Shown here: piece after piece, positions 14,401 through 17,474 of the stretch
How positions within the stretch are numbered: the first letter of the stretch is position 1
How the letters are laid out: each line of letters begins with the position of its first letter
Assembly: GCA_937899865.1 (NCBI GenBank)
Contig: CALBRH010000050.1
Coordinates: 1-17,474 of the forward strand
Reading direction: 5' to 3'
Source: an uncultured euryarchaeote
GTDB lineage: Archaea; Thermoplasmatota; Poseidoniia; Poseidoniales; Poseidoniaceae
Length of the DNA stretch: 17,474 nucleotides
Made by a program: the position numbers and the translations under genes
The notes under the pieces: model-generated
What the model saw: the letters and a program-made list of their open reading frames with translations, nothing else
What the model was told of the DNA's origin: nothing
The model's database searches: none

Positions 14401-16152
14401 GAAGTGAATGAGCAAATTGGGGGCTCGTTTAGTCTGACAAACTCACAGTTAAGCGATGCGAGTAGTGTTTGCTTAGATATCATGGAATCATCCGTTGAAT
14501 TACATATTTCTAATATTGATTTTGCTCGATGCAATGGACCTTCAGTAAGGGCTGAAAATGCTTACATTGCCATGACAAATATCACTATTGGCGAAGATTC
14601 TTCCAATGGACTAACACTATCAAATGTAAATGGTAGTGTGCAAGCTATAGACGCATTAGAGTTCAATGGAGCAGGTAGCATTTTGAAATTAGATTACATC
14701 AATGATGATTTGCTAATTAGTGATGTAATTGGTACGGTTGGAGGTTCACCAGGCATTGCTGGTGCCAATAATCGGGCATTAAACCTAGAATCGATCAACT
14801 TGAATGGAGCTCCAGCAATTGACTTTGATGCATCAGCAGGCATTTTGTCAAATCTTACTCTTACTGGAGATGGCTATGGAACGGGCTTGATTAGTCATCA
14901 TGGGCGCTATTCGGATTCATTGAGAGTTTACAACATCGAATTATCAGATTATGCAGTAGGTATTGATTTGCATGCCGATGGTCCAGATACTACCTCAGCA
15001 TTTATGATTGATAACGCAGTAATTTCTTCATCTACTTCACTTTCTGTCGAAGATTACCCTGTGATTGTTAACAATGCATCGATTATTGGTGTTGTCGAAG
15101 TCAGTGGCGCGATAGTCTTGCAGTTGATTGATACACAATTAGATCAAGCAGCATCAATTTACACTGGAGCAAGCATAGATTATTACCATACAATTGAAAT
15201 GATGTCAACATATTTAGCAATAGTAAAACCAACCAATTATCATCTAGATATTGTTTATTCAAATGGCGATGAAGAACAGATACAAGTTGATGGCACTTAT
15301 GTTGAAGCAATTATCAAATTTACGACTAGATACGCTGAATCAACCAATGATGTCAGCATGCTATCGCTAAACATAATTGCTAATTCGCTCGGCCACCCAA
15401 CTGAAAGCCAATCGTTTACTATGTTCGAATTACAACAATTAGTAACTCCAGTAATTTTCACACTTAATGAAAATCAACCACCACAAATCAATACTATCTC
15501 CCCATCTTCAACTGATCAAATTATGCAAACAATTCCGTTTGAATCTATTATTGACGCAAGTGATGACTTTGATTCTGCTAGTGCTATGAGTTATCAATGG
15601 GTAATAACTAATGATGCGGGTAGCGAAGTGTATTCTTACAATTCGAATAATTACAATAACACAATCACGCTTAACTCACCTGGAAGTTATTTGTTGAAGA
15701 TTGTAGTTATAGATTCCAATCAAGCACAAACAGAAGAAATAATTCCAATAGAAGTTATCTTACTTGATTCAGATGGTGATTATCTTTCCACATGTGATGA
15801 TACAACATGGTTTGATTTGGCTGCCAGTCGTTCGTGTGGTCCTGATGTTTATGACGACGACGATGATAATGATGGCATCATTGATTCAAGAGACGATTGG
15901 CCGTTAGATGCTTGTGCTTGGCAGGATACTGATGGTGATGGTCAGCCAGATGAAGTAAACTGTCCAGAAGGAGTTGTATCGGATTTATTCGAAGACCAAG
16001 ACGACGATGGTGATGGAATACCGGATGTATTGGAAGGAACTTCAGACAAGTCCGACGGGCAATTCAATTTGGTTACTTTGATTCTATTGGTAATTGGAAT
16101 TGTAGTTGTGATTATGTTTGTAGTTCGCACCCGTAAGGGATTACAGGAGTGA
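11488..16152 (+). CDS. Large (~1554 aa) membrane-anchored surface protein: right-handed parallel beta-helix (pectin-lyase-like) segments, PKD/Ig-like domain, TSP3-like repeats, C-terminal TM
   Basis: Signal-like MRQHAVSSSVIVALLISMLFTPIILA. Beta-helix cap motifs TWSGNIVLEDDVIVSQGTTLTVEPGT...WQGIVV and SPYYLETDLTIPLGRTMTVVDGV...WSGLVI. I/S/N/G-rich coil repeats. NQPP...SYQW...PGSYLLKIVVID resembles PKD. DDWPLDACAWQDTDGDGQPD...DQDDDGDGIPD is TSP3-like. TM at 16069-16125, then RTRK. ATG 11488 with upstream AAGGA is preferred over TTG 11458. Confidence 0.88.
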   Translation: MRQHAVSSSVIVALLISMLFTPIILATSSTISTDTTWSGNIVLEDDVIVSQGTTLTVEPGTTIDGGEGFAIEIYGTLVAESCHFYSSANPTAQSSHGQGLWQGIVVKSGGSATITNVEIENTNVGVKSEGNLVVDNLTVRDSYLGIKNYGTANVDVFYTESIDYEAIMNSGSLTVSNAEITKSSTGIQSSGSLSVTDSNFSEVGAGISANSGVVAVNNLTFEKVSVGFSSSYGVEFSAFDVYGSEVSLLADMANSDDFTLVSANVIGDILAKSNTAINTKLSEISFESILTNQAPVLEQDCSGVCLIENVSITNSLRGVSLTGNGDHIIANSSINAEQYGIRAASQGTLTISNLSITAQQKGIIIRDTNAQFTGENTVTMTSSNSIGLDILGGSHQLSELSVVKLYDSTDSTSMGCQIWYAEIVIDSIGTENFSTGINMRDVDFSADSVSNIGGNSIGTEIIDSEASINILTTKFQNNGIILSENSHLSTYQWIAQLHDQPLQVGAGSIANVLDFTTINTNPSYSDAFGKGAVYYGYNSNLDISSDISDYFVMTNVKFTDMSNNPVEATINVNTFQFTSDENGEVSIPLFSSGSIVQASLLGTGVSETLYGGIQDQSIQIPLIPSGDWIISGNQHISLQSFEATQSFTGDLVINDDAILQITNLDLELASGKVIILNDNAQIIGTNSSIKADSIFVNDASLIASMGSSSNLQIDSDLEWNCQGQKLSSNLFFSQQLSLGSGCHLTIENGVAAGQLTVPTDSSFKITSSLVVSVIDRGLPVSNAVVEFQGADYYTDSSGEVSIESIARFVDSQDDIVGTNENVLLKLDDFNELITWNTSLSKFHQFIVSSLDVSEILSEDVTLETIWSPYYLETDLTIPLGRTMTVVDGVSVRISDGVEISVLGTLDAESAIFSSTGFGDRWSGLVIDSLYSNLHLSGTTLLEASPAISYNGGNLIADDVSISRSSSSRALIEVNEQIGGSFSLTNSQLSDASSVCLDIMESSVELHISNIDFARCNGPSVRAENAYIAMTNITIGEDSSNGLTLSNVNGSVQAIDALEFNGAGSILKLDYINDDLLISDVIGTVGGSPGIAGANNRALNLESINLNGAPAIDFDASAGILSNLTLTGDGYGTGLISHHGRYSDSLRVYNIELSDYAVGIDLHADGPDTTSAFMIDNAVISSSTSLSVEDYPVIVNNASIIGVVEVSGAIVLQLIDTQLDQAASIYTGASIDYYHTIEMMSTYLAIVKPTNYHLDIVYSNGDEEQIQVDGTYVEAIIKFTTRYAESTNDVSMLSLNIIANSLGHPTESQSFTMFELQQLVTPVIFTLNENQPPQINTISPSSTDQIMQTIPFESIIDASDDFDSASAMSYQWVITNDAGSEVYSYNSNNYNNTITLNSPGSYLLKIVVIDSNQAQTEEIIPIEVILLDSDGDYLSTCDDTTWFDLAASRSCGPDVYDDDDDNDGIIDSRDDWPLDACAWQDTDGDGQPDEVNCPEGVVSDLFEDQDDDGDGIPDVLEGTSDKSDGQFNLVTLILLVIGIVVVIMFVVRTRKGLQE

Positions 16153-16700
16153 TTTTATTGTCTGCAATCGATTTACCTTCAGCGGAATCGTTTGCTCTTT
16201 TTGTCATCTTTGTACTGGCTGCTATAGTTTTGTGGGATGCATTTTGGTTGACTAAACAAAAGGGCGATGTTCCTAGTTTTGGCGAGTTGCCCAAAGGAGG
16301 CTATGCTTGGGCCAGCGAAGGCGCACATGAAGTAATTAGGCAATGGGGTAATTTATTCTCGATGGCTGCCATGATGAGTTTACCTTGGGCTCTAATTTCA
16401 CTATCGAATACTCCAATAATTTATGGCATAATATGGGATTGTTTACTTGCACTTCACATCATCTACTTGTTGGTGCCTAAGCGTTATGCTGTTACATCGA
16501 CTCATTTATTTGCTGATGGGCAAAGATATGAGTGGTCTAAACTTCGCTTAGCAAAAAAACAACCCAAACGTCGAATCATGCTTTTGCGTAAAGGCTGGGG
16601 TATATTCGGGCCGTTGCCACTGGGTGGCAATTACCATGATTTAGAACAAGCCAAACATGCGATAGCTCGCTTTTATCAAATTGATGATGAATCCGAGTGA
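16149..16700 (+). CDS. Hypothetical integral membrane protein (about 3 TM helices plus a basic C-terminal soluble domain, bacterial-PH/DUF5673-like pattern)
   Basis: Hydrophobic segments FALFVIFVLAAIVLWDAFWL, LFSMAAMMSLPWALISL and IIYGIIWDCLLALHIIYLLV, then KRYAVTSTHLFADGQRYEWSKL. The start is GTG 16149 (overlapping the upstream TGA) or TTG 16158 (5 nt after AGGAGTGA). Confidence 0.75.
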   Translation: MILLSAIDLPSAESFALFVIFVLAAIVLWDAFWLTKQKGDVPSFGELPKGGYAWASEGAHEVIRQWGNLFSMAAMMSLPWALISLSNTPIIYGIIWDCLLALHIIYLLVPKRYAVTSTHLFADGQRYEWSKLRLAKKQPKRRIMLLRKGWGIFGPLPLGGNYHDLEQAKHAIARFYQIDDESE

Positions 16701-16709
16701 CCGTTATGA

Positions 16710-16730
16710 CCAATAGGCGCATTCTATTGG
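16710..16730. promoter_or_regulatory. 7-bp inverted repeat CCAATAG-N7-CTATTGG in the 37-nt gap before the PPC gene
   Basis: Seen directly; ends 7 nt before ATG 16738. Function unknown. Confidence 0.35.
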
Positions 16731-16737
16731 AAAAGAC

Positions 16738-17166
16738 ATGGAATGGACTCGAAGCGATGAAGACTTGCTGGTAAGAATAGACCCCGGTGAAGAAATTCAC
16801 GTATCTTTACAGCAACTTGCAGATGAAGTTGGCTTTAATGCTGCAGCAATTACTAGCGGTATTGGCCGGACACGCGATAATGAGTATGGTTACATGAACA
16901 ATGATGGAATCTATATCAAAAGAATACTTGAAAATCCTTCCGAACTGGTTAGTTTATCCGGTAATATTGCTAGGACTCAGGAAGGAAAACCCTTCACTCA
17001 TATTCATTGTTGCTGGTCTGATGACGATAATACCGTTCATGCGGGGCACATGTTTTCTTCAACTGTTGCAGTAGTTGCTGAAATCCATCTAAGGATTATG
17101 TCACAAGCCATAATGACCCGTTGTCCATTGGCTGATGTACAACTATTAGGGCTACAATTTTCGTGA
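16738..17166 (+). CDS. PPC/DUF296-domain protein (stand-alone, putative DNA- or metal-binding)
   Basis: LVRIDPGEEI...ITSGIG...ELVSLSGNIA...PFTHIH...D...HAGHM...VAEI matches the PPC/DUF296 pattern (RLxPGEE, GIG, ExxSLxGN, HxH, GGH). Confidence 0.88.
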   Translation: MEWTRSDEDLLVRIDPGEEIHVSLQQLADEVGFNAAAITSGIGRTRDNEYGYMNNDGIYIKRILENPSELVSLSGNIARTQEGKPFTHIHCCWSDDDNTVHAGHMFSSTVAVVAEIHLRIMSQAIMTRCPLADVQLLGLQFS

Positions 17167-17197
17167 TATTCAAAGCCTATGACTTGGGTGGTTGAAC

Positions 17198-17474
17198 ATG
17201 GCCGAGGAGAGCAGAATTGAGCAACTCTCAGCGGCGATTCGCTATCATCGAGAATTGTATTATAATCACTCTGCACCAGAGATTTCAGATGCGGATTTTG
17301 ATAAGTTATGGGATGAATTGAAATCACTTGATCCAGATAATTCAGTACTTCATGAAGTTGGCCCAGAACCGCTACCAGGCACAGTGAAAGTAGAGCATAT
17401 ATTTCCCATGAGGTCTTTAGATAAAGGTACAACAGATGAAGACATAATTCACTTTGTAACCCAATCAACATTCG
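17198..17474 (+). CDS. ligA: NAD+-dependent DNA ligase, N-terminal 92 codons (3'-truncated by the window; absent from the ORF track)
   Basis: Manual translation: MAEESRIEQLSAAIRYHRELYYNHSAPEISDADFDKLWDELKSLDPDNSVLHEVGPEPLPGTVKVEHIFPMRSLDKGTTDEDIIHFVTQSTF. This is LigA domain Ia (YY...PEISDxxxDxLxxEL) followed by the KVxHxxPMxSL motif. SD-like GGGTGG at 17186-17191. The catalytic KxDG lies beyond the window. Confidence 0.92.
   Translation, partial: MAEESRIEQLSAAIRYHRELYYNHSAPEISDADFDKLWDELKSLDPDNSVLHEVGPEPLPGTVKVEHIFPMRSLDKGTTDEDIIHFVTQSTF

Noticed and set aside
17037-17471. 144-aa minus-strand ORF at the window end
   Set aside because: It is antisense to the clearly recognisable ligA and PPC genes.
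11453-17474. Integrated prophage or mobile element at tRNA-Pro
   Set aside because: No integrase, transposase, viral gene or att duplication was seen. The downstream genes (PPC, ligA) look chromosomal.

Overview
Archaeal chromosomal window, with every credible gene on the + strand. The archaeal assignment rests on rpl18e, archaeal-type L13 and S9, RNA polymerase subunit N and GGAGGTGA-type ribosome-binding sites. The giant Asp-rich, thrombospondin-3-like surface proteins and a bacterial-type NAD+ ligase suggest Marine Group II Euryarchaeota (Ca. Poseidoniales); that taxonomy is an inference. Gene order: (1) the 3' part of a protein with a Gly/Gln-rich (GQQ)n region followed by His-containing DHDNDG Ca-binding-type repeats; (2) a double-hairpin plus U7 terminator; (3) a ~2720-aa membrane-anchored giant with a signal segment, ~1100 aa of the same acidic repeat family, an Ig-like stalk, one TM helix and a DUF4129-like cytoplasmic tail; (4) a ~147-aa helical hypothetical; (5) rpl18e-rpl13-rps9-rpoN-tRNA-Pro(GGG); (6) a ~1554-aa beta-helix/PKD-like/TSP3-like membrane-anchored protein; (7) a small membrane protein; (8) a PPC/DUF296 protein; (9) the 5' end of an NAD+-dependent DNA ligase that the ORF track missed. 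The best candidate for an undescribed system is the adjacent pair (1)+(3), which share a His-variant acidic repeat not found in the third large surface protein. No CRISPR array, integrase or transposase was seen.
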